From Kiritimatiellia bacterium (GTDB lineage Bacteria > Verrucomicrobiota > Kiritimatiellia > RFP12 > DVOR01), in assembly GCA_031552845.1 (NCBI GenBank), contig JAVBMC010000027.1:6073-70072 (forward strand): 64,000 nucleotides of DNA, in the 5' to 3' direction. Positions 1 through 8,438 of the stretch are shown here, one piece after another (positions within the stretch are counted from its first letter, which is position 1; every line of letters starts with the position of its first letter). The position numbers were made by a program, and so were the translations under genes. Under the pieces are notes generated by a model. The model was not told where the DNA came from. It saw only the letters and a program-made list of their open reading frames with translations, and searched no databases.

Positions 1-51
1 GCTTCGAAAACTGATTATGGTACAATATCCCGCTTTGAGGGGAGACTGCAG

Positions 52-726
52 ATGCGCTTTTTGAACGAAATTGTCCGTGGTATATTTAAAGAGAATCCGA
101 TCTTCGTGCTGGTGTTGGGGATGTGCCCGACGCTGGCGGTGACGACGTCGCTGGAGAATGCGCTGGGGATGGGCGTGGCGTCAACGTTCGTGCTGATCGG
201 GTCGAACATGGTGATTGCCGCGCTGCGTAAGGTGATTCCTTCGGCGGTGCGTATCCCGTGCTATATCGTGGTGATTGCTTCGTTTGTGACGATTGTCGAC
301 CTGCTCCTGCAGGCTTACCTCCCGGCGCTGGCCTCGAGCTTGGGCATCTTTATCCCGTTGATTGTGGTGAATTGCATCATCCTCGGTCGTGCAGAGGCGT
401 TTGCCTCAAAGAATGGAATCTTCTACAGCATAGCCGATGCGATCGGCATGGGGCTGGGCTTTACGTTGGCGCTGTCGGTGATTGCCTCTATCCGCGAGAT
501 TGTCGGTAATGGCTCGCTGACGGTATGGGGCGACTTGGCCTTCCCTGTCCACAACAGCGGCATTCTGCTGTTCATCCTCCCGGCGGGCGGATTCATTACG
601 CTGGGATTGATTCTGGCCGGCATCAACTGGACCAAGGCTTATTTGGCTGAACGCCGCGGCGAACCCGCGCCGTTGCCGATGGAGCTGGATTGCCGCCACT
701 GCGTAATCTGCAAGCTCAGCAAATAA
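52..726 (+). CDS. rnfE: Rnf/Nqr electron-transport complex subunit E (RnfE/RsxE-like); upstream rnf genes would lie before the window start
   Basis: 224 aa polytopic membrane protein. It carries the motifs LGMCPTLAVTTSLENALGMG, GIFIPLIVVNCIILGRAEAFA and REIVGNGSL, which are diagnostic of the RnfE/NqrD family and closest to RnfE. Confidence 0.8.
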   Translation: MRFLNEIVRGIFKENPIFVLVLGMCPTLAVTTSLENALGMGVASTFVLIGSNMVIAALRKVIPSAVRIPCYIVVIASFVTIVDLLLQAYLPALASSLGIFIPLIVVNCIILGRAEAFASKNGIFYSIADAIGMGLGFTLALSVIASIREIVGNGSLTVWGDLAFPVHNSGILLFILPAGGFITLGLILAGINWTKAYLAERRGEPAPLPMELDCRHCVICKLSK

Positions 727-736
727 AGCGCCCGCC

Positions 737-1678
737 ATGTTGCGTCGGCAGATTACATTTACACTGCGCACGCAACAGGCCGGTTTGGCGCTGATTGATT
801 TCCTAACCGCCCGCTTCACCTATCGTACGCGCGAAGCTTGGCTGGAGTCAATTGCCAAAGGTGAACTCGCACTAGATGGACACACCTGTGACAATCCTTC
901 AATTACATTGCAAGTCGGCATGGTGTTGGCATGGACGCCACCCGCGGTTGAAGAGCCGAAGGTCGATTGGAACTGCCCCATTGTCTTTGAAGATGAACAC
1001 CTGTGCGCCGTCAACAAATCAGGCGACTTGCCGTGTCATCCCGGCGGACGGTATTTCAATCACACGCTGTGGGCGGTGTTGAAAGAACGGGGACTCGACG
1101 ACCCGATCTTCGTCAACCGCCTCGACCGCGAAACCTCCGGCCTCGTTTTGGTGGCGCGTTCGCCCGAAGCCGCGAAGAACCTGCGCACGCAGTTTGCACA
1201 TCATCAAGTTGAAAAGACCTACATTGCTTTTGTGGAGGATGCCTTCGCCAAGTCCATTACGGCGCGAGGTGAATTAGCGCCCGATGCAGACTCTGCCATC
1301 CGTAAGAAGCAGCTCTTCACACCCAGCGCAGAGGGAAAGGTCGTGACGCAGATTGATCCGGTTGCGGTGCATGGCGCCATCAGCGAAGTACGCGTCAAGC
1401 CGCTCACCGGCAAGCTGCATCAGATCCGTGCGACGTTGTTGGCGTTGGGTTATCCGATCGTCGGTGACAAACTCTATGGTACGGACGAGCTTCGCTTTTT
1501 ACGATTCCTTGAGGACGGGTTGACGCCGCAGGATATGGCTGCATTGCGGATTGGCCGTCAGGCGTTACACGCGGCGGAACTGGAGTTCACTCATCCGCAC
1601 ACCAACGAACGTATGACTTTGTCCGCGCCATTGTCGCTTGACTTAGAGGGAGTGCGAAAAATAGCACCCCGCTCATGA
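737..1678 (+). CDS. RluA-family 23S rRNA/tRNA pseudouridine synthase
   Basis: 313 aa. It has the catalytic motif VNRLDRETSGLVLVARS (the HRLD-like Asp loop of RluA/RluD/RluC enzymes). It starts 10 nt after the rnfE stop. Confidence 0.8.
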   Translation: MLRRQITFTLRTQQAGLALIDFLTARFTYRTREAWLESIAKGELALDGHTCDNPSITLQVGMVLAWTPPAVEEPKVDWNCPIVFEDEHLCAVNKSGDLPCHPGGRYFNHTLWAVLKERGLDDPIFVNRLDRETSGLVLVARSPEAAKNLRTQFAHHQVEKTYIAFVEDAFAKSITARGELAPDADSAIRKKQLFTPSAEGKVVTQIDPVAVHGAISEVRVKPLTGKLHQIRATLLALGYPIVGDKLYGTDELRFLRFLEDGLTPQDMAALRIGRQALHAAELEFTHPHTNERMTLSAPLSLDLEGVRKIAPRS

Positions 1679-1739
1679 AACTCTAACATAGAAATGGTGT
1701 ACTAGAGGCGTTCCAAGTAACAACAAGAAAGGCTCTAGT

Positions 1740-2549
1740 ATGAAAAAGATTCTAATGGCGGCAGCTCTCGCCGCAGCGGCATTTGTGCAAGCTGAAGAAA
1801 TCAAAGTGGACGGCTCTACCACCGTCGGTCCGATCTTTAAAGCCATCGCGGAAACCTACATGAAGGAAAACCCGGAAGTGCGCGTGACGGTGAGTGAGTC
1901 CGGCTCCGGTAACGGCGCGAAGAGTTTGATTAACAAGGCGTGCGAGATTGCGATGCTCTCCCGCCCGTTGAAGATCGGTGAAACAAAGGCCGCGCTGGAA
2001 AAAAATATCCAGCCCTTCGCCACACCGATTGCGTATGACGCAGTCGTGATGATTACACACCCGTCGAATCCCGTCAAGAACCTGTCGGTTGAACAAGTGC
2101 GCGGCATCTACGCAGGAACGATCAAGAACTGGAAAGAAGTCGGCGGGGCCGATATGCCGATCTTGGTCATTACGCGCGATGCCAACAGCGGTACAGCAGA
2201 AACGTTCACACACTTGGTCATGGGCGAGACGCGCATCAGCTCCGCCGCCGAAGTGGTCGGTTCGAACGGCGCCGCCCGCCAGCGCATTCAAACCGCCAAG
2301 GGCGCGATTGCTTACATTGGCATCGGTTATATTGACCGCACGATCAAACCGCTGCAAATCGAAAGCGCGCCGCCGGAGGCCACGGCCATCCTGACGGGCG
2401 CTTACAAACTCAGCCGCCCGCTGTTCATCTACACAGCTGACTATCCGACGCTGGGCAGCCACCTGTTCCGCCTCTGCACGTATCACCTGACGCCCAAGGG
2501 GCAGGAGATCATCGAGGCGGTCGGCTTTATTCCCGTCACGCAGTACTAA
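1740..2549 (+). CDS. PstS-like periplasmic phosphate/anion-binding protein (PBP superfamily)
   Basis: 269 aa with signal peptide MKKILMAAALAAAAFVQA. The DGSTTVGP...SGSGNG motif layout is typical of PstS-family binding proteins. A good RBS (AAGAAAGG) precedes the ATG. Confidence 0.65.
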   Translation: MKKILMAAALAAAAFVQAEEIKVDGSTTVGPIFKAIAETYMKENPEVRVTVSESGSGNGAKSLINKACEIAMLSRPLKIGETKAALEKNIQPFATPIAYDAVVMITHPSNPVKNLSVEQVRGIYAGTIKNWKEVGGADMPILVITRDANSGTAETFTHLVMGETRISSAAEVVGSNGAARQRIQTAKGAIAYIGIGYIDRTIKPLQIESAPPEATAILTGAYKLSRPLFIYTADYPTLGSHLFRLCTYHLTPKGQEIIEAVGFIPVTQY

Positions 2550-4348
2550 TCGAACCTGACGGCCAGCTTGAGCTCGCCGGAGTCCGGCACGGTCTCCTCA
2601 AACCACACGAGCGAGACACCGGGGTTCGGCGCATCCCACGACTTCAACAACGCATCCGTTGGCTCAACCTGCCAGCGGATGTTTTTGTTATGCAAGGCCG
2701 TGAGCATCATCTGCTTGCCGTTCTGCTTCAAGACCAGATTGCCGCCGCACTTGCAATACTCCTGCGATCCGGTGAAGGTATGCACCGGCGCACGAACCGC
2801 CACTTGCCAACGCACCTTGGTTCCAGCGGGCGCTTTGACTTCATCGCGCACTTCATAAGCGCCATCGCGGAACAAGACGCTTTTACGCACTACGCGTGAT
2901 GCCACAGGGAAGAGCTTCGTCAGATCAACGCTGATCTCAGAAGTTCTGCCGTCATCCGTCACATCAATAATCTTGGCAACGCCTGTCGCACGCTGAGGCT
3001 CGTCATTGATGATCAGCATGTTGTGGCTCTTGTTCCCTAGGCGGAATATCTTCCAACGGTCGGAGCCTTGTTCAGTTCCCCACAGGTTCATCTGCAGCTG
3101 TTCAATGTTGTTGTATTCCTCCAAGCCAAGGTCATGCACCCAGCGCATACCGTAACGGTCGAGCACGAACGACCCGCAGTCCATATGCGCATGTGCCGAC
3201 ATCGGACGCCCCGCCTTGATGCCCGCGAAGGTGGAGTTCTCTTTATCCCACGAAGTACGATGCACGGCGGCCTCATTGCCATCGCCCGACCGCCACGCCA
3301 ACGGTGCTTGAATCTCCGCGTTGGGAGGATAGGAACGATACCACAGCAAGACGAACGGAAACAGACGGTTCTTCATCTGATCAGACGCACAGTAACGGCG
3401 CAATGCCGCGAGCTCAAACGGCGCAACAATATCAGGACGGTTATACCGCTTGGCGAACCACCACATCGGCCCCGAAGTCTCACGCACAATTGGCCGCGCA
3501 TCGGCATAACCGAATGGCAGCTCCGAAGGCCCCGTCATGACATTCAGATAATCGCCCGTCTGCTGGAAGCCCGGCAGTTTGCTCAAGCCGGAATCATTCC
3601 CCTGCGCCTGCTCCAACAAATCGAGCGCGAGCACATTGAAGTCCATTGCATATTCCCAATACATCGGTCCCTCCGGGAATCCGCCCTTCGGCGCAAAGGC
3701 ACCCATCGCAATCGGCAGATTATCCACCGTCCGCTTGACGAGACGCTGCATCCGCTCGGGATCCTTCTCACGTAACAGAAGTGCGCCCGACAGCATGCCC
3801 GCATGGCAGACCTGCCCCCAATTGTTGTGCGCCTTAATCCACCAATGCTCCCCGGTCTCGGAGGCATCAAGCCCCTTCTTAATAATACCATCCAAGATCA
3901 CCTCGCGGTCATCCGGCGTCAGTGCCTGATAGAGCCAATCATACCCAATCGCCAGCGCCAGCGTCATCTCCGCCGTGTCGAGAAAGTGCGAAGGATTCCA
4001 ATTACTGAACGCCGCTGCCGCGCGCATTTCCTTAGCACCGCGTTCAGCATATACCTTATCACCGGTCAACTGATACGCCATGCCCAAATGCGACACGCGC
4101 CACAGCACTTCACGGGAGACGTACAGAATACGCCGTCCCTCCTGCTTGCGCTCGCAGACCGGCAAAGGCAACACCTCTTGCGCCGCGCGAATAATCTTAT
4201 CTGCGGTTAGCTTCGCCAGTTCATCGCTTTTGGTCCGCTCGCGCACAGCGGCAAAGTCATCCGCCTTGCCAAAGAGGCGCGGATGCTCCTGCGCCCAACA
4301 TACCGCGACACTCAGACAGCAGACAGCAAATGCAATCAGCTTTTTCAT
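2546..4348 (-). CDS. Heparinase II/III-family polysaccharide lyase, paralog 1 (secreted)
   Basis: 600 aa with signal peptide. It carries WNPSHFLDTAEMT, HNNWGQVCHAGM and RYNRPDIV, which are hallmarks of DUF4962 plus the heparinase II/III fold. Its stop overlaps the convergent pstS-like stop by 4 nt. Confidence 0.8.
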   Translation of the reverse strand: MKKLIAFAVCCLSVAVCWAQEHPRLFGKADDFAAVRERTKSDELAKLTADKIIRAAQEVLPLPVCERKQEGRRILYVSREVLWRVSHLGMAYQLTGDKVYAERGAKEMRAAAAFSNWNPSHFLDTAEMTLALAIGYDWLYQALTPDDREVILDGIIKKGLDASETGEHWWIKAHNNWGQVCHAGMLSGALLLREKDPERMQRLVKRTVDNLPIAMGAFAPKGGFPEGPMYWEYAMDFNVLALDLLEQAQGNDSGLSKLPGFQQTGDYLNVMTGPSELPFGYADARPIVRETSGPMWWFAKRYNRPDIVAPFELAALRRYCASDQMKNRLFPFVLLWYRSYPPNAEIQAPLAWRSGDGNEAAVHRTSWDKENSTFAGIKAGRPMSAHAHMDCGSFVLDRYGMRWVHDLGLEEYNNIEQLQMNLWGTEQGSDRWKIFRLGNKSHNMLIINDEPQRATGVAKIIDVTDDGRTSEISVDLTKLFPVASRVVRKSVLFRDGAYEVRDEVKAPAGTKVRWQVAVRAPVHTFTGSQEYCKCGGNLVLKQNGKQMMLTALHNKNIRWQVEPTDALLKSWDAPNPGVSLVWFEETVPDSGELKLAVRFD

Positions 4349-6129
4349 TTATCACTCTCTTTAGTAAAACGAACACAGAGGTCAAGCTTGCCGCTTGCGG
4401 GAACAACGGTTTCAAAGCTCAATACTTTGATGCCGGGGTTAGGAGAATCCCAATCCTGTATCAACTCTTCACTGCTGGCGAACTTCCAAACCGTCGGGAA
4501 CGAGTGGGTCGGCGTTAGCATGATGTTCTTGCCATTCTCTCCGAGCCCGACCTTGTCATTGCAAACAGCGATGCTGGCTTTGGTCAGCATCTGCCATTTG
4601 ACTTTCGTTCCGGCAGGCGCAACGATTTCATCACGCACCGTGAAGGAGCCATCCATCGACAAGTCGCCCGTGCGCACGACCTTCTGCGCCATGGGATAGC
4701 ACTCGGTCAAATCAATCACGGTGATAAAGCCTTTGTCGGTCTGTTTGGCCTCCAGCACCTTGGCATGTCCCTTGACGTACATTTGTTCATCATTGAGCAT
4801 CAGCACGCCATGGCCGTGGCTGTTGAGGCGGAAAATCTTCCAGCGCTCGGAGCCTTGATCCGGATTCCACAAATTCATCTTGCGCGATTCAATGCGGTTA
4901 TAGTCCTCGCGCTCCAGATCGTGCGACCAGCGCACGCCCATCATATCCAGCACGAACGAACCGCAGTCCATCTGTCCGTGGTTGGCAACCGGCGTACCGG
5001 CCTTCATGCCGACGTAGGTGGCGGTCTTGTTATCCCATGAGGTGCGTTGCACCGTTACGGCATTTTCACCGCCGGGCGACCATTGCAGCGGCGAACGGAT
5101 CGGCGTGTTGGCCGGCACGGGACGATACCACAACAGCGAGAAGGGGTAGAACATCTGATTGTCGCCGTAGTCATTCTCTCCGGCGCGGCGCAGGGCATCC
5201 ACCTCATAATATGCGACGATGTCGGGGCGGTTGTAGCGTTTGGCAAACCACCATGATGCACAGCTCGTACCGCGGCGCGGAGCGGCATCGGCATAGTCAA
5301 AGAACTCGCCGGACGGCCCTGTCATCTGATTGAGGTAGTCGCCGGTCTGCTCAAAGCCCGGCATCTTGGTCAAGCCATGGTCAGTCCCCTCCATCCGTTC
5401 CAACAGCTCAATCGCCACGACGTTGAACTGCATGCCGTAGTTCCAATAGAGCGGTCCTTCGGGATAGCCGCCATTCGGCGCGAAAGCCTTCATCGAGTGA
5501 GGAAGCCCGGTGATGCACCGCTGCACAAAACGCTTGGTCAGCGCGGGGTCTTTTTCGCGGAAGAGCAATGCCCCCGCGAGAATGCCCGCATGGCAGACCT
5601 GTCCCCAGTTGTTGTTGATGTTGACCCAGTGGTTGTGCTTTTCGGAGGGCAGAAGACCTTTCTCATAAATCCCCTTGAGGATGAGCTCGCGGTCTTCGGG
5701 CGTGAGCGCGTCATAACACCAGTCATAACCTGTCGCCATGCCGAGCGTCATCATCGCCGTGTCGAGGAAGTGCGACGGATTCCAATCCTTATTCATCTCC
5801 ACGCCGGCGCGCATTTCTGCAATTGCCCGCTTGGCATACTTCTGCTCGCGGGTGAGCTGATACGCCATGCTGAGGTAATGGATTCGCACGACTGCGCCAC
5901 CGGTCTGCATGCGCCGTCCTTTAAAAATAATCGGCGCAGGCGGCGTGGCGATGTAACGGTCGGCCGTAGAAAGGATCTTTTTCCGGGTCAGTGCGGCAAG
6001 CTCATCTTTCTTGCAGCACTCCCGCAGGGCGGCAAAGTCCGCATCATCGGCAAACAGAATCGGGTGCGGCGGTGCCGCGTGAAGCGCAGTGACGGCAAGT
6101 CCCAGCGCCAAGCAAAGTAATACTCTCAT
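4345..6129 (-). CDS. Heparinase II/III-family polysaccharide lyase, paralog 2
   Basis: The ORF track gives 4345..6168. I place the start at the internal ATG at 6129 (MRVLLCLALGLAVTALHA signal peptide), which has a GAAAGG RBS. It shares the NWNPSHFLDTA, NNNWGQVCHAGI and WWFAKRYNRPDIV blocks with its neighbours. Confidence 0.8.
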   Translation of the reverse strand: MRVLLCLALGLAVTALHAAPPHPILFADDADFAALRECCKKDELAALTRKKILSTADRYIATPPAPIIFKGRRMQTGGAVVRIHYLSMAYQLTREQKYAKRAIAEMRAGVEMNKDWNPSHFLDTAMMTLGMATGYDWCYDALTPEDRELILKGIYEKGLLPSEKHNHWVNINNNWGQVCHAGILAGALLFREKDPALTKRFVQRCITGLPHSMKAFAPNGGYPEGPLYWNYGMQFNVVAIELLERMEGTDHGLTKMPGFEQTGDYLNQMTGPSGEFFDYADAAPRRGTSCASWWFAKRYNRPDIVAYYEVDALRRAGENDYGDNQMFYPFSLLWYRPVPANTPIRSPLQWSPGGENAVTVQRTSWDNKTATYVGMKAGTPVANHGQMDCGSFVLDMMGVRWSHDLEREDYNRIESRKMNLWNPDQGSERWKIFRLNSHGHGVLMLNDEQMYVKGHAKVLEAKQTDKGFITVIDLTECYPMAQKVVRTGDLSMDGSFTVRDEIVAPAGTKVKWQMLTKASIAVCNDKVGLGENGKNIMLTPTHSFPTVWKFASSEELIQDWDSPNPGIKVLSFETVVPASGKLDLCVRFTKESDK

Positions 6130-6176
6130 AATCTGCAAAAACCTTTCGCGCCCGGCAAACGCGGGCACTGTTGATA

Positions 6177-7961
6177 TTAGTGGAAACGGACGGCGTACTT
6201 CAATTCACCGCTGGCGGGGATGGTCTCTTCAAACCAAATGACACGGATGTCTTTGTTCGGCGAGTCCCACTCCTGGCGCAACTCTTTCTCTTCGGTTGAC
6301 TGCCATTTCGTCTGCGGGTTGTGCAGTGCCGTCACGTTGAGGACTTTGCCTCTATCGCTCAGCACCAATGCTCCGGTGCGGTTCTCGCCCGGCTGTCCTT
6401 TAGTAAACATCTGCCAGCGCACCTTCGTCCCGGCGGGCGCTTTGATGACGTCGCGTATTTCATACGTGCCATCTGCCGACAAGATGCTCTCGCGCGTCAC
6501 CTCTTTCGCGACAGGGAAGAATGAGCTTAAATCCAGCTTCGCGGTCGAGGCGCCATTCTTGCCCGCGACCGCCGAGAGAATCTTCGCTTCGCCTGTGGGG
6601 TCGTGCAATGCGCCATTGAGAATCAACGTGTTGTGCCCTTGGCTGCCGAGGCGAAGAATCTTCCAACGGTCGGAATCAATCTTCGAGGACCACAAGTTCA
6701 TTTTGCGCGACTCGATGCGGTTGTAATCCTCCATCCCCAGCTCATACGCCCAGCGGATGCCGTAACGGTCGAGCACGAACGAGCCCGCATCCATCTGCGC
6801 GTGATTGGTGTTTTCGCGGCCGGCCTTGAAGCCGACGAACGTGGCCTTCTCATCATCCCAAGACGTGCGCTGCGTGATGATTGCATTCTCACCGCCCGGC
6901 GACCACAACAGCGGCGACTTCACCGGCGTATTGGCACGCATCGGCGAATACCACAACACGCAGAATGCAAACAGGCGGTTGCCGCCCTTCGTCCCATCGC
7001 AATACCGCTTGAATGAATCCAGCTCGAAATACGACACGATGTCCGGGCGGTTGTAGCGCTTGGCGAACCACCATGACGCACAGCCCGAGCCACGCCCTGA
7101 GCCGCTGTCCGCATAGTTGAACGTCATCCGTGAAGGACCTGTGACGAGGTTCATATAATCCCCCGTCGCCTCAAATCCCGGCAGCTTCGTCAGGCCGAAG
7201 TCCGAACCCTCCGAACGCTCCAGCAGCTCAATCGCCAGCAGGTTGAACTCCGTCCCATAGTGCCAATAACCGGGGCCTTCCGGATAGTTGCCACCGGGCG
7301 CAAACGCCGCCATCGCACGCGGCAATCCCTTCACCGCCTTGGGCGTGAACTCCTTGGCAAACTCCGGGCGGGTATCCTTCAAACAATAGGCGCCGGACAA
7401 AATACCGGCATGACAAACCTGCCCCCAATTGTTATTGGCATTGACCCACCAACCGCCCTTTTGCGCGGGCTTCATCGAATGCGTCACCAGCGTGTCAAGG
7501 ATCAGCTGACGGTCGGCCTCGCTCATCGCGTCATAACACCAGTCATAACCGATTGCTACGGCCAACGTCATCTCTGCCACATCGAGAAAATGGCTCGGAT
7601 TCCAATCCTTAAACGCCGCCACCGCCCGCATCTCCTCAATCGCGCGGTTGGCATAGACCTTATCGCCCGTCAACCGATACGCCAACGACAAGTGCGACAC
7701 CCGTTCCAACACACGCCGCGAAATCGTCAACAGCCGCCGCCCCTCCATCACCCGCTCGCACGGTTTCTCCTTGAGCAGCTTCTGCGACTCTGCGACAACC
7801 TTCTTCAAACCCATCGTACAAAACGGATCGCTCTTGCAGCGTCCCTTTAATACGTCAAACTCCTTAGCCGTTGCAAACAGCCGCGGATGCACCTCCTGAG
7901 ACTGCGCAAAAGCGACAGCCCCCCCCAGGAGACAGCATACAATACCGATTCCTAATTTCAT
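6177..7961 (-). CDS. Heparinase II/III-family polysaccharide lyase, paralog 3
   Basis: The ORF track gives 6177..7982, which uses a TTG start. The ATG at 7961 (MKLGIGIVCCLL...AFAQ) has a GAGGGTGAAAGG RBS and is the more likely start. It has the same conserved blocks as paralogs 1 and 2. Confidence 0.8.
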   Translation of the reverse strand: MKLGIGIVCCLLGGAVAFAQSQEVHPRLFATAKEFDVLKGRCKSDPFCTMGLKKVVAESQKLLKEKPCERVMEGRRLLTISRRVLERVSHLSLAYRLTGDKVYANRAIEEMRAVAAFKDWNPSHFLDVAEMTLAVAIGYDWCYDAMSEADRQLILDTLVTHSMKPAQKGGWWVNANNNWGQVCHAGILSGAYCLKDTRPEFAKEFTPKAVKGLPRAMAAFAPGGNYPEGPGYWHYGTEFNLLAIELLERSEGSDFGLTKLPGFEATGDYMNLVTGPSRMTFNYADSGSGRGSGCASWWFAKRYNRPDIVSYFELDSFKRYCDGTKGGNRLFAFCVLWYSPMRANTPVKSPLLWSPGGENAIITQRTSWDDEKATFVGFKAGRENTNHAQMDAGSFVLDRYGIRWAYELGMEDYNRIESRKMNLWSSKIDSDRWKILRLGSQGHNTLILNGALHDPTGEAKILSAVAGKNGASTAKLDLSSFFPVAKEVTRESILSADGTYEIRDVIKAPAGTKVRWQMFTKGQPGENRTGALVLSDRGKVLNVTALHNPQTKWQSTEEKELRQEWDSPNKDIRVIWFEETIPASGELKYAVRFH

Positions 7962-8161
7962 ATCCAACCCTTTCACCCTCAAAGAGTACCGCTTTTCAAC
8001 AATAAAGTCAAGCCGTAACCGCCCCCCGCCACCAGTTGATTGCTTGTCTGACCCTCCTCAGCCCGTCCTCTCGCCCCAATCGCGCAATCCCCCCACGCCC
8101 CTGACAAAGTGGCACGCCGTCCATCGCATTTCCATGCGCAACGTAGCGCAGTGCTGTGAGT

Positions 8162-8258
8162 AATGTTACTTTCTGTTGGCAGCAATGTTACTGTGGGTTG
8201 CAAGTAACGTTACTCACACCGCGAAGCAATGTTACTGCCGGAGCTGAGTAACGTTACT
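8162..8258. repeat. Five direct copies of AA(T/C)GTTACT at an exact 22-bp period (8162, 8184, 8206, 8228, 8250). Two copies form the perfect palindrome GTAACGTTAC. Candidate operator array 180-300 bp upstream of the heparinase operon.
   Basis: Read directly from the sequence. Copy spacing is exactly 22 nt, about two helical turns. The flanking consensus is AG(C/T)AAYGTTACT. Confidence 0.7.
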
Positions 8259-8352
8259 CACGTTCCTGTTACGGGAGTGGAGGAACGGGTACAACCCCGC
8301 AACAATCTTTGAGCGCGAAAGCCGCTCCCCGGCACCAGACAAGATATCGGCA

Positions 8353-8404
8353 CAAAAAGGGGGCGGCCCAGAGCGCTTGTGGGGGTTGCTCCAGACCGCC
8401 CCCG
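8353..8404 (-). terminator. Rho-independent terminator for the 1278-aa gene
   Basis: On the minus strand there is a GC-rich hairpin (GGGGGCGGTCTGGAGCAACCCCCACAAGCGCTCTGGGCCGCCCCC) followed by TTTTTG. It sits about 35 nt after the stop at 8439. Confidence 0.6.
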
Positions 8405-8438
8405 TGGGGTTTACGTATAATCAATGAATGCGTAGATA

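Noticed and set aside
1752-2486. 244-aa minus-strand ORF overlapping the pstS-like gene
   Set aside because: Antisense artefact. Arg/Ala-rich with no features. The + strand ORF has a signal peptide, an RBS and PstS-like motifs.
8150-8270. Possible CRISPR array (regular 22-bp repeats)
   Set aside because: The repeat is only 9-12 nt and the spacers are about 10 nt, far too short. No cas genes are present. Treated as a phased operator array instead.
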